DNA of 63,964 bases, filler included, from Mitosporidium daphniae (lineage: Eukaryota), in assembly GCF_000760515.2 (NCBI RefSeq). It is 5 parts of 5 records of this genome, joined end to end, with 100 filler letters (N's around TTAATTAATTAA, not from the genome) between each part and the next. Parts side by side here need not be neighbours in the genome. Positions count along the whole stretch, not along the records: positions 40,993 to 54,277 come from NW_013546705.1; positions 54,378 to 63,964 come from NW_013546675.1; 3 more parts are not named here. One strand, 5' to 3'. The position numbers and the translations under genes were made by a program. Shown one piece after another: positions 47,726 to 59,700 of this stretch. Numbering within the stretch: the first letter of the stretch is position 1; every line of letters starts with the position of its first letter. The notes below the pieces were generated by a model. It ran no database searches. It was given only the letters and a program-made list of their open reading frames with translations, and had not been told where the DNA came from.

Positions 47726-50017
47726 TCAAAGCGCAGTTGGTGGAGGGGTATATGCACCGGCAACCAAAAGCAAATTGCGAGCAGAAAAGTCAATCTCAAG
47801 CACGGGAGTATTTTTTGTATAATAACACTTCAGAAGAGTCAGAGGCGATGATGAGGACTGATGGGTAGTACAGTTGTTCGACGATGCTCCATCCTCTGAT
47901 GGCATGGCTGCTTTCACATCCGTTGGATCGCTTTTATTGATTCCAAATTCCCAAAGAGCAACAGATCCATTTAAGGAAGCCGATGCAAGTATTCTCCCTT
48001 CAATCATAGACCAGGCAAGGGACGAGATCGGATAGATTGAGGGCGCTTTTTCTTTATCTTCTGAGCAAAAAAGCGTGTTTCCGGTAGAAATGTCCCATAG
48101 GTAGATTCTACCTCCGCTGTCGCCCCCAGCCAAGTACTTTCCACAAGGAGAAATAGAGAGAGCAGATGGAATCGATGTTGTAATCGATGAAGACGAATAC
48201 ATGATATTCAACGTCATAAGACGGACAGTTGCGCCTGTTTGAACGTCCCAAATGCGAATTGTCCGATCAGAGGATCCGCTGGCAAGGTAGAGGCTATTTG
48301 GATGAAATGTTATGCACTCCACATCTCCAAGATGTCCAACAAGAAGGCGAATCGGTGATAGCCATTCTGAGGACCATATTCGGATGGTCTTATCTGCTCC
48401 AGCAGAAGCAAAATAAATTGGCGTATTGCAAGTGGCAGCACGGGAAACAGCCACGTCCCAAACTGGTCCTGAATGGCCTCTAAACAGCACGAGAGAAGAA
48501 AAGTTATCTAAGGACCAAAGCCGGAGAGTACCGTCAATCGAAGATGAGAGAAGTATGCGACGGTCAAATGAAAATGCGAGGCCAGTGACGGGACCAGAAT
48601 GGCCAATCAGGCGTCTGGAAATGGAATGCTTTCCATCGACGCCGCCGCAGCAACATTCGCCATTTGACTCTTTGATTTCTGCAATTGTCGGTAGCATGTC
48701 AAAATCCAGATGGGCAAGCTCGGGTGATTTCTTTACAGCGGCCAATACTGAGCAAGGAGGTTTTCCGGGAGGAAGCCCACGTCCGGTGCTCCAAATGTCA
48801 ATATGTGAATCGGCCGAACCGGTGGCCATGAGAACCCCGTCAGGAGAGAACCGAACAACGCCTATCCTACCGTAAGAATTGTGAAGAGTATAGCAAATAG
48901 ATGAGGGCAGCAAATTACGGCCAACAATTACCCGTCTTGCCAGTTCTTTAAGGCGAGCAAGAAGGGTGGCCGTGTCCGGTTCTTCTCCCCTTAATGATTC
49001 CAGAGGCGGAATCATTGAAGATGAGGAGGCAAGAGATTCATTTTCTTGAAGAACCACTGGTGAGGCATGGTCAGGAACCGCACTTGAATGGACTCTTAAG
49101 ATGCTTTCCTCCGGGGGAGGAACACCCCACCATACTTTTGGAAGCGACGGAGGGACAAATTTCCTTCCAGGCTCTGCTTGGGGAGTGCCTACGAAGCTCG
49201 CTAAACCTGCAGCACCTCCTGAACCAGAGTTGGAGGCCGTCGAGACCTGCTGATTCGTTGTAGTTGGAAAATGATGTCCTTCTGTCACAATCAGATTAAT
49301 GTGAGCATTGACGATTTTCCTGATCAGGGTCAATCGATGTTCATTTACAAAGGTGACAAAAAGTTCAAAGGCATAAAGAGAGAGCTTTACATTAAACTTA
49401 TAACTCCTAAAGGCAATTGCAAGAGAGTTTTCGCGCAAATGAGCGATGTCCTTAATCGAAAGGAGCTTGTCTAAATCCTCCTCTTCGGCAGCACTTAGAA
49501 GGGCATCTTTTCTTTGAGTGGTGAGAAAGTTCGTGGCCTCCGTTGAACATCCTCTTGAGTGCAAATCCAAATAGCAATGCACGAGAATCGGGAAGATTAG
49601 GGAAATCAGCTCAATTCGATAAATTTCAAGGCTGTTGAGGATCCATTTTTTCATTCTAATAAATTGGAGCTCGTAAGCATGAACCACCTGCAGTGATGGG
49701 GCTGACGGGTTTTGCGAAGATAATCCCCCAAGGATAGAGCTACCACCTGTGGCTGAGGAAGATGAAGAGGTTATAGATGTTGGAGAGGGATTGTGTGTGA
49801 GCGAGCCCCCAGAAAGAGTAGAAGTGGCAATTTGAGAATCTTGCTCCGAAATCACCTCCATTGCCAAATTCTCGATGGTAGTCGATGTTGGTGCAAGCTC
49901 TTCTGGGTTTCGATATCCTTTCGTATTGAGATACTTTAGAATGGCCAAGTCTGTGGGCGATGCAGAGGTGGCAGAATCTGGTGAGGCATGCTGACCGCCA
50001 CCAGGGACCGAGTTCAT
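47726..50017 (-). CDS. TAF5: TFIID subunit Taf5
   Basis: LisH-like ILKYLNTKGY, NTD2 FPILVHCYLDL, LPSSICYT, WD repeats GHSGPV and HPNSLYLASGSSD, KNTPV at C-terminus. Confidence 0.93.
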   Translation of the reverse strand: MNSVPGGGQHASPDSATSASPTDLAILKYLNTKGYRNPEELAPTSTTIENLAMEVISEQDSQIATSTLSGGSLTHNPSPTSITSSSSSATGGSSILGGLSSQNPSAPSLQVVHAYELQFIRMKKWILNSLEIYRIELISLIFPILVHCYLDLHSRGCSTEATNFLTTQRKDALLSAAEEEDLDKLLSIKDIAHLRENSLAIAFRSYKFNVKLSLYAFELFVTFVNEHRLTLIRKIVNAHINLIVTEGHHFPTTTNQQVSTASNSGSGGAAGLASFVGTPQAEPGRKFVPPSLPKVWWGVPPPEESILRVHSSAVPDHASPVVLQENESLASSSSMIPPLESLRGEEPDTATLLARLKELARRVIVGRNLLPSSICYTLHNSYGRIGVVRFSPDGVLMATGSADSHIDIWSTGRGLPPGKPPCSVLAAVKKSPELAHLDFDMLPTIAEIKESNGECCCGGVDGKHSISRRLIGHSGPVTGLAFSFDRRILLSSSIDGTLRLWSLDNFSSLVLFRGHSGPVWDVAVSRAATCNTPIYFASAGADKTIRIWSSEWLSPIRLLVGHLGDVECITFHPNSLYLASGSSDRTIRIWDVQTGATVRLMTLNIMYSSSSITTSIPSALSISPCGKYLAGGDSGGRIYLWDISTGNTLFCSEDKEKAPSIYPISSLAWSMIEGRILASASLNGSVALWEFGINKSDPTDVKAAMPSEDGASSNNCTTHQSSSSPLTLLKCYYTKNTPVLEIDFSARNLLLVAGAYTPPPTAL

Positions 50018-50060
50018 TTGAAATTTAAAAGATTTTAAAAATTTAATTGTAATTTGGACA

Positions 50061-53000
50061 ATGATAACCTCAGCATCAGACATGGATCATGCTGCTTCCC
50101 ACTCAGAAATACACGACCGTGCCAGTAGCAGCGTCAACGGTACGGATTGCCCATTTATTTTAGTTCCGCTGCTCATCGAGTCATTGTTGTCCTCTTCACG
50201 CTCAGGCAGCGGCCATTTGCAGGCCCTTATGCAACTTGCGCAGGAAATTGACTCTTGCTGGGCGTTCTTAAGTGCCAGTGATATTTCTCAGCTTGAAATT
50301 CTGAACGAAGACGAAAAGAGGAGTACCGAAGAGCGGCAATATACTTCTCTTATTCTATCAAAAGCCTTCTACCACCTTGGGGACTACGAACAGAGCTTGC
50401 TTTTTGCCCTTGCTGCTGGGCCATCGCTGGTAGGATGGACACGCCTCGAAGAATGGATTCAGGTTTTAAAGACCAAGGCTATTGATATGTTTACGGCCAA
50501 TCCGGAAGATCCACAACTTCTTTCCATTATTGATGCCATAGTTGGAGAGGCTCTTTCTTTAAGTCAATACTATGAAGTAATTGGGATTGCGCTGTCCACA
50601 GGGCGCATCAATATCTTCAAAAGAGTTATTGAGCTATCTCACGGATCCTCGGCCAAATTTTCGCTCCTAAAACATACTTTTGATGGATTAACGTCTGACT
50701 CTTCGCTTTCTCAATCCATGAACCAGGTACTTTTTTGTGGTCAACTTTTCATAGATGCTTTCCATATTAGCAACAGAGTTCCAAAGCCTTGGTTGCATTG
50801 ACGGAATGCTCCATGGGCTAACATGCTGGATTAGATTACGCGATTCTGTTTCGATTTCTTCATTCATAACTTCATTGCTTTCATCGACTTGTGGAAATCC
50901 AAAGGTAACATATGGAGAAGCAATTAAATTAACATTAGGCCGCCTCCATCATCTTGCAAGTGGTCCTTTTTCTTGTCGAGGCTTCTCCTCGAAATCTACT
51001 TGTTGAAATTGTAGGGCATCTTAAAAGCGAAGAACAGAAGGGAATCGCCAAGCTAGCACCTCTTTTTGAAGGATACCTGCAAACGCAATTTCTTCTCGAG
51101 TTTTCTTCTCGAAACAATCACATGGATTCTACTGTATTGATGGCAACAAGATCCCATTTGAGTGTTAAGAGCTCTCTCCATCACTGTGCTTTTGCTATAG
51201 CTCAAGGCATTTCGGCTTGCGGTACCACTTCAGATAATGTCTACCGAAGCTCTATTGATTTTATCTCCCACGCAACAAATTGGGCAAAATTCACATCCAC
51301 TGCATCTTTGGGAGTTATTCATAGAGGACAAACCCCGGGAACTTTAATTGATATCCTGTCCAGCTATCTTCCCGCAAGCGATAATAACTCATCCTCTCCA
51401 TATTCTGAAGGAGGCGCTTTATATGCTCTTGGGCTGGCTACTGCTGCTCCTCCCGCAGGCGGAACGGGATCTCCAGAAGTTTTTGAGGCATTTAAGGACA
51501 TGATTCTTCCACATTTATCTTTGGATATTAACTCTACCACATATGAGCCACGCCAACACGGAGCAGCTCTTGCTGTCGGCCTACTTTCTCTTGGCTCATC
51601 TGACACCAAAATTAGTGGGCTGCTAAAGACGCTTCTATATTCTGGCTCCGCCGTTTCTGGCGAGGCCGCTGCCATTGGCCTTGGCTTATTGTCTCTTGGA
51701 GATCCAACTGATGCCGTGGAGCTACTTCGGTATGCAACATCAACTCCCCCAGCATCTTGCCATGATAAAGTTATCCGCGGAATCGCTATCGCTGTGTCAC
51801 TGATGCTCTCAGGAGCTGGTGACAAAATAGCACGCCCAATTATCGATGAAATGACCTCTCCGCACGCTCATCCTGAGCTTAGGGCTGGAGCTCAGCTTGC
51901 AATTGCTCTCGCCATGGTGACACCTTCTGGCGATGCTACTTCAGAATCTATTTCTAGGCTCCTTAATGCTATCGGGTCTGATCAAAATGTTGAGGTACGA
52001 CGTTCAGCAGCGATTGCACTTGGATTTGGCCTACTTGGCTCCCCATCTAGGCTTCTCGCGCTAACAGACCGGCTTTTGGCCAATTCATTTTCCCCTCATG
52101 TAAGATATGGAGTTTGTATTGCTCTTGGAATTGCATTGGCAAATACAGGAAACTCATTGGCAGTGCGTATCCTTACTGGCTTGGCTACTAAGGATCCCAT
52201 TGACTTTGTTCGCCAAGGTGCAATAATCGGCCTTTCTTTGGTCATGATGAATTTAAACATTCCATCGGCAGGAACATCTGTACGTCGCCTTTTTGAGAAA
52301 ATTTCTTCAAATCGAAACGAGGATCCATTGGCAAAGTTTGGTGCTGTTCTTGGACAAGGCATAATTGATGCTGGTGGTAAAAATTCTCGTTTGCGTTTAC
52401 TCTTACCAAATGGACAACGACATTGGCCAGGGGTCGCTGGCGCTCTTTTATTCTCATGCTACTCATGGAGTTGGTATCCCATTGCTCATATGCTTTCTCT
52501 TGCACTTGTTCCTTGTCCTTTGTTGGGTGTTGCTGTTGTCGAGCCCGAATTTGAGGTTCATATCCCGCAGCTCAACTCCTCCCTGGTCATTAATGATCCC
52601 GGCTCGGCAGCCTATGTTCCTGCAATGAAAAAGGAAGCAAGCATTACGGAGAAAGACACTTCTACAGCAGCGATTCTCTCCATTACTGTCAAGTCTCGCG
52701 CTAGGCAGGCCGCAAAAAGGTTATCTTCGTCCAAAAGCCAAATGGATCTTGTGGACATCAATGAAAACTTGCCTGCACAACCAAGCAATGCAAGTTTAAT
52801 AGAAGAGAGCGCCCAGAAGCAGGATGTGGTCGAATTGTCGATGCCAGTTCGCATTTGTCCTGAACTCATTGATATGGCACCAGAAGACCATACCGATCCA
52901 ACGGCTACCGAAGCATGTTCCGATGCAATTGGCAGCAAGCTGTCGCTTCCATCGGTTTCTCCTACTTCTTGTGATGAGGCCAATGCGATTTCCAAAATGA

Positions 53001-53356
53001 TAACAACACAAACCAATGTATCATCAACTGGCTCGGCAGCCAATTCTAGCTATACTACATTCGCCCCGGACGCTAAAGAAAACACTTCTGGATGTGTCAC
53101 TGTTAGCAATTTTAGCCGATTGCTCCCAAGACATGCTCCTTTTGTGATCTTTGAAGATCAAAGCACCAAGACAAAATGTCGCTTCCAACCACTAATCCCA
53201 TCTGTAAGTTATCGATTTTGACAATTTTAGGGATCTCGCTTTTATCTTTCTTTGCTGTTCACCGTTCTTTTAGAGTCATCTCAGCAAGGCACCGAAGCTA
53301 AATCAGAGCCTTTAATCTGGATCGACAAGGATTTTGAAGGCAGCTCCAGGCAATAA
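50061..53356 (+). CDS. RPN2: 26S proteasome regulatory subunit Rpn2
   Basis: SKAFYHLG, ATNWAKFTSTASLGVIH, YSEGGALYALGL, PHVRYG, DPIDFVRQGA, QGIIDAGG, NFSRLLP; last exon boundary uncertain. Confidence 0.93.
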
Positions 53357-54895
53357 GGGTAGGGTTCTTTTCATAATAAAGCCCGTCTCAATTGGTTATA
53401 AATGCAATGCATAGTGATATCCTAGCCCTTAAATTTAAGTTTGGGTGCATGCGTAAACAACCGGGACATTTATGGTGCTTTGGGGGGGAGGGGGCTCTTG
53501 TTTTTGCAGAGGTCACAACGACTAATCGTAAATTTCAATTAATTAATGCCTTCCGATGAAAGGCGTGAGCTATTTATTGGTCTTGGACGGCCACGAGTAT
53601 TCGCTCGTTAATGGACATGGGGATCGGGATGGAAACCCCACAAAAAGATAATACCATTCAGCTTGATGAAGGCAAAGAAAATGGGTCTCCACATAACCAA
53701 GGAACTATGAGAGCCCTAATTGAACACAACATCTAGCCAATTTTCCGCATATTTGAAGTACCCATTTTGATAGCAAGATCCTTGTGTATTTTGATTCCTC
53801 GGCATCTTCGAGCCATTAAAGTGGTACCAGATTGAAGTTAGTCTATGATCGTTTGATCGGGAGAAAGACGAGTAAAAACAAGAAAAAACACGGCCTAAAA
53901 GAGAGCCACCGCATAAAGACGCCAAGAGGTGTTTAAATGACAAACAGAACGCCCAACTTGCTCAAGAAGTAGTCCGTTGGAATCTAGAGTAGCATAAAGC
54001 TTCCAAAATTAATACAAAACCATGGCCCTGTCAAGATAAGAGCCCAAAACGTACTTGGGTTGTCTACCCAGCTACAGATAATTCCAGACCTCTGATCGGC
54101 TCACTGTTGCTTTTGGTTAGCATTACGGAGGCCATTTCATAATGGATTCGTATGGAGTTGAATTGAATTGAATTGAATTGGATTGGATTGGATTGGCGTT
54201 AAGCGGCCTAAACGCACCAGCTCCTTTATTTAGCGGATAAAATTAATTAAACCGGGGATCGTGGACGAGAGTGTGTANNNNNNNNNNNNNNNNNNNNNNN
54301 NNNNNNNNNNNNNNNNNNNNNTTAATTAATTAANNNNNNNNNNNNNNNNNNNNNNNNNNNNNNNNNNNNNNNNNNNNAAAATTTGCATGCTCGGAGTTGA
54401 GATTGAAAATCATATCAATTTTCGCCAAATTTAATTGTTTTCATACTAAAAATGACTTTTTTTGACTTGGGAAGTTGGTGAAAATTACTGGTATTTTCCA
54501 AAAGTCAAATGTCAACTCCGAACTTTATTGATGTCTGAAATCGCTGGGTTGGAAGCCCCAACCCTAACCCTTCGACTCAAATGTTACACAAATAATCCCA
54601 CCCCTGGCCACATTGAAACAGGTAAACAGGCATCAATTCTTTGATCCAGCCCGAGTCAACTACAAACATTCCGGATTGTCACGCATCAGTTTGATGAGTT
54701 ACCTCATGATAGAACTAACCTTTAAATGTTTTTTGATTTATAACACCAGGTATATGATCTATAAAGCATAAATCCAGTAGATAACTTGGTACTTGTGCTG
54801 ATATTGGGTACTCTAGAACACCTCTTGGAAACGATGGGTTATAAAAAGCACATTGCTATTCGATACTTTTGAATGTTAATGTTATTTATTCGAAG

Positions 54896-56626
54896 CTATT
54901 GAATAATGCGTTGATCGAAATTGGCTTCATCATAGTATGCGGTTAATACTGTGCGATCCAGAAACTGCCTTCCGGAAAGAGCGTGGAGAGCATTTGTTGC
55001 CTGTGTGCTTTTTTCAAATTTAACAAAGATCTAATGAAGAAATTAATCATAACTGTCAAGCAAACCTTGCCTACTGCTGCAAGTTGGGCGCCAGAAGAAT
55101 CTGGGCGTGGAACCCAAATATCCAAAACCGGACCAAATTTTGAGCACTCTGACCTGATGTCTTCAGTAATTCCCAAATATTCCGCATCGCTTTCAAGATC
55201 CTCTGCAGAGACCAAGTTCATCAGCTGTAATACCGGAGTCTGCTTGCCAAAGAGCGATTCACCGCCACTAGAAATTGAAAGCAAAAGCGAGGCAGGATCA
55301 AGCGACGCTTCTTTCTGTGGATTGAGTGGAACATTACACATGGCTTTTTGGACAGTCAAGCGTTTATCGCCGACCTCGAACATGTGTAGCCCTTCTACAA
55401 CAATGTCTGTAAGTTCAGAATTCAGATATTCGCAAAAAGCATATCCCTTAGAGAAGCCAGAGCCATCCCTCACAAGATTGAATGAGCGCAATTCACCGAA
55501 GGAAGTGAGAATAGCTATAACCTCTTCATTTCCAAAGTGATATGGAATGTTACCGATGAAAAGCTTGTTGGGAGAATCTGGTACAACACTAGAAATCGAG
55601 GTGGGTGGCAATGCTGATGGCTGGGACATGTGGTTACAACTCGATTCTGTCACGGCAAATTGATCGCCTAATATGCTAGCAAAAAGACATTATTACCTGC
55701 TGCTGCCTCAGAATTGTAGTCTTTTGGTCGACGTACTTTCAAAATATGACCTTCAAAAGCAATTCCATCAAATGCCAGCGCAGAGGAGGCCTCTCCAGGT
55801 GTTCGTAGCTAAACTTTAACTGGAACCTCTTACGTCAACAAAAGCATAACCTTGCCCCTCCGCCACAATAACATCTTCCACCGAGGCGCCAGGTCCAGAT
55901 CCAAAGGCATATGAATCCATAAGCTCATTAAAAAACTCAGCTAGCCGTCCAGACGTGGTATATAGTGGGATTCCGCCGATCCATAAACGCCTTGCTTGTT
56001 TTGCAAGAGCCGGGTTAAGGGTTAATGCCAATGCAGCGTGATCATTAGTGGGCCCTGTAGAGTTCGAAGATCCCATCCCGCTCGATTGTTGGAAGAGGAA
56101 TGTTGTCCTTGCTGGATCGACAAAGGGAGTAAGATTAGTGACCTTGGGCTGATATGTGGCAGGGATAAAAAGACCCGTGTTCTTCACCTGGGCAGCAGAC
56201 ATTCCCTCAAAGCCCTGGGGGCATATATCCCAACAACGAAGTTTCCGAGGCCACTGGTCGAGGGGCAGAATACCTCCAGCTGGGGAAGGTGACCGCTGAT
56301 CGCGTCTCCTAGAAAATGAAAAAATAGTGATACCGTGTTGGAGGTCGCAATGTGTCTCTAGAAGAGCTGTTTGAGGGGCTGTCTCTTCGACTTGGAGAGC
56401 CATATCGTCTTCCAGATGGCCTTGGCCTCCCGTCGTCCTCTTCGCGACGCCTAGAGTCACTCCGTTCGTACACAGAGCGAGAACGATCGTTTTCTGGATA
56501 TCTAGCTCGTCTATGGTGTTCATCAGAACCATCTCCGGTACGCCGATATTTTGATGATGATGCCGACGACGATGGGGCGGTGTCAACAAAATAGTCGACC
56601 GCTTCGTGCTTTCGAGGCTCTGGCAT
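54896..56626 (-). CDS. U2AF2: splicing factor U2AF large subunit (U2AF65/Prp2-like)
   Basis: RS-rich N-terminus, WDICPQGFE ULM, QARRLWIGGIP (RRM1), PNKLFIGNIP...SKGYAFCEY (RRM2), EDIRSECSKFG...VGK (UHM); four short introns. Confidence 0.93.
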
Positions 56627-56709
56627 TACTGAAAATTTTAAATTAATTTAATTTAAATTAATTTTTACTTGAACTCTTTCAATTGATCTGGGTCTTCTTT
56701 ATGGCATCA

Positions 56710-59700
56710 TTAGATGAGGGGAATTGGAGGCCGTTCAGTATTGCGTGGGAGGAGGCGCACAAGTGTACGAAGCTCACCATATGCCGCAAAGCATTCCATG
56801 AAAATTTCGTCGACTTCGGAAGTAGAACTACTTGGAGAAATCCGTCTCCTAACAGGAGCATTTTCAAGAATAGCCGCAAGTATTACCATGTTTTCGTCCC
56901 ATGCCTTAATAAGAGCATGAGGCAACCTTTCCAGAAAGTCTCGAAAAATAGTGGTTTTATCGCTTGGTCCAACCCTTGTACAACCATCTTTAAGAGCGGA
57001 GCCGAGCTCTCTTGAGATGCAAAGTAAAAAGACCTCAACAAACGCAAAAAACGATGGGACAAGTGGGAGCAATGTCGTTTCTACAAGGAACTTGGCCTCA
57101 TTTATCAAGTACCACTCATGCCTAGGAGAATTGGGCTTTGCAGCGGTCTTTTTTTTTCGAGCAATTGCTTTTGCAGTGGAAGAGATCGAAGTGGATGATC
57201 GGCTCGATGTAGATGAGCGATTGGAGGTAAAAGACCTCGAAGAGGTCGTAGATTTCCATGATACTGTCGACACACGAGAAATCACAGAGCAGTCGTCTGC
57301 ACCCGTGACGTTATTGTCATCGACATGCATGGCGAGATCAAATTCGCCAACCTGTGGCAGATTTCGATGCCTCTCAAGACCTTGGGCAACCTGATGTAGG
57401 TTACCCAGGATTCCTATGGTCAGAAGCTCTAGCAAACGAGATCCCTCACTCCTTAAAGCTGGTAAAAGATCCCCAGATACCAAGGAGGCTTCTGGCTGCC
57501 GGAGACAAAGAAGCAGCGCCAGTTCCCAGCCATGTGTCCACGGCATGGTTTTAGGGTCGAATAGCATCCCCTTGAGGCTAGACGTTATGTCAAGCGCAGA
57601 ATTAGATGATGCCTGTGTGGTAGAGGTAGCCCTTTCGTTAATGGTATTGTTAGGCATGCGCTGCATGGCTGAGCAGACTGCTGCAGCCGCCTCCTCGACA
57701 TTTCGGGAAGAATCGTCTTGAGATTGGCTTATCGTGGCAAGGAGAATTGAATGGGGTGACTGTTGCACCGTAGAGCCTATTGATACTTGCAGGCTAAGAG
57801 CATCTGAAGCAGACATGAGTGAGAGCGTCGTCGCGATACCAAGAAAGTCCCCCTGCGTCATAAAAATGGCTACGGCCTCTTTGAGCATCCTCGTAGCAAG
57901 GAGAGCCCGAGGAGTAGCGTATCTTTGCGCATAGCTTTGAAGGATAGCTTTTCGTAAAACAAAACTATTTTCACTCTGAAAGAGTACGGTCTCATAAAGA
58001 TCGCGTTTTAAAACATATGCTACGATCTCATTAATGGCATCACAGCCCTCTGCTTCAAGAGAACCCCCAACCCTGGCCTCCTCGATAAGCCAACTTAGGG
58101 CTCTTTCTGAGCGGCCAAGACGATCGTCTATGAGAAAACGACGACGCGGTTCATTCGCACAAGTGTAACATTTTGAAATGAATCCCATAAATTCTTGGGG
58201 GTCACGATCACCCAGACCTTCTTCCCCGATGGCCTGTGCAAGCGCCAGTGAATATGTACCAAGGGCAGCAGCCATTAATGCTTCTGCTCCAGCATTTACT
58301 TTTTCACGAGAGACCAGAACCAATGCTGCACGAACAAGTAAAGTGCGCTCTTCAGAGCCAAGGTTCGCCCATTCCGCGGCGAAAAGTGCCATAGCTTCGT
58401 CGACGGTATCAGAAAGCAAATCCGCAGCTATGGCGACACGTATTGTTCCAACGTCGCACGGAAGAGCTGCAAGTACAGCTGCCTTAAGAGCATTCCGATG
58501 CTCTGCTGTTGCTGATCTATCGGCCATGATCTGTATTAATTGGTCGGGACTGAGGCTCTGAACAAGCCTGTTCAAGTGATGATGGATAGCCTGAAAGGTC
58601 CCGTGCTGATCTGCCACATGCATTTGCGCCGGAAGCGGTACAAGCTTCGCTAAAGGCAAACGATGACGCAGACCTAGCTCATATGCTGCGCGGAATTCAT
58701 CACCGATTACGCAAAGGTACTCCATGTGTTCAAGAAGAAGCGTGCGCATGTAGACGCGTTCCAAAGACCCCCGATCCATCACCAGAAGGGTTACAGGGCT
58801 TGACTCGCCAACTGCGGAAATGATCGTCGATCCTGGCTCACAAGGATGGCGCTCAAGTATCTCAAGAGCTCCATCTTTATCTTCTGGAATATCACAAAGA
58901 AACAGACTGCACATCGTCTGTGAATTCTGCACAGTTACCAGAAATCGCAAAGTAAAATGTGCATCTGGTAGCCTGCTTCTTGGGAGTAATGCGATAGATG
59001 TGACATCCTGGACAGGGAGACGTCGGAGGTAGATTCCATCATTTACCAGCCAAAGCACTCCACCGCGCGTTAGTAAAAGAAGCGTGTCACTACACGAGCT
59101 GAATTGCGACTGTATAACTGCATCACCGGCATCGATTTTTGTTTTTAATAACTTCCATTGAAGGTCAAACTGACTATCGTGACATAGCAAAGAAACTTTG
59201 GCCATGGAGGCGGTAATCTTAGGAAGGAAATTGTTTTTTGACGATACATCGGTTTCCCCCGGTGCAATTACTTCCGCCTTCATAACATATTGAATAAGGG
59301 AACCATCAGCGTAGCATACCAGTAGTGTACCCTTTCCATCACAAACGTGAACAGAGGACGGTTTAGAGAGTTGTAGTGGGATTTCTACCAACTCACCACA
59401 CCACTCTTTAGCCAGATCTGTTTTCTGCGAGTTAGAGTTAGGAACAAAGGTTTCCTTAGGCCTAATAAAAAACAAGACGTGGCGAATTGGTCCACCATTG
59501 TTGGGAAACATTGTGGCAAAGAGCAAAAGAACGCTTGCACTCAAAGAGATCAATTGGTGAGGGAAAAGAGTATATCCAGGGCTCAGGGTCAGGTGAAATT
59601 TGCCTGAAATCTTCATTGGCGACCCAAGCGGTGCTCCTCTTAAGGGACCTTCGTCAAAAAGTAAAAGCTCAGAGGCATCTGAAGTGAGGGCTGCTATCTG

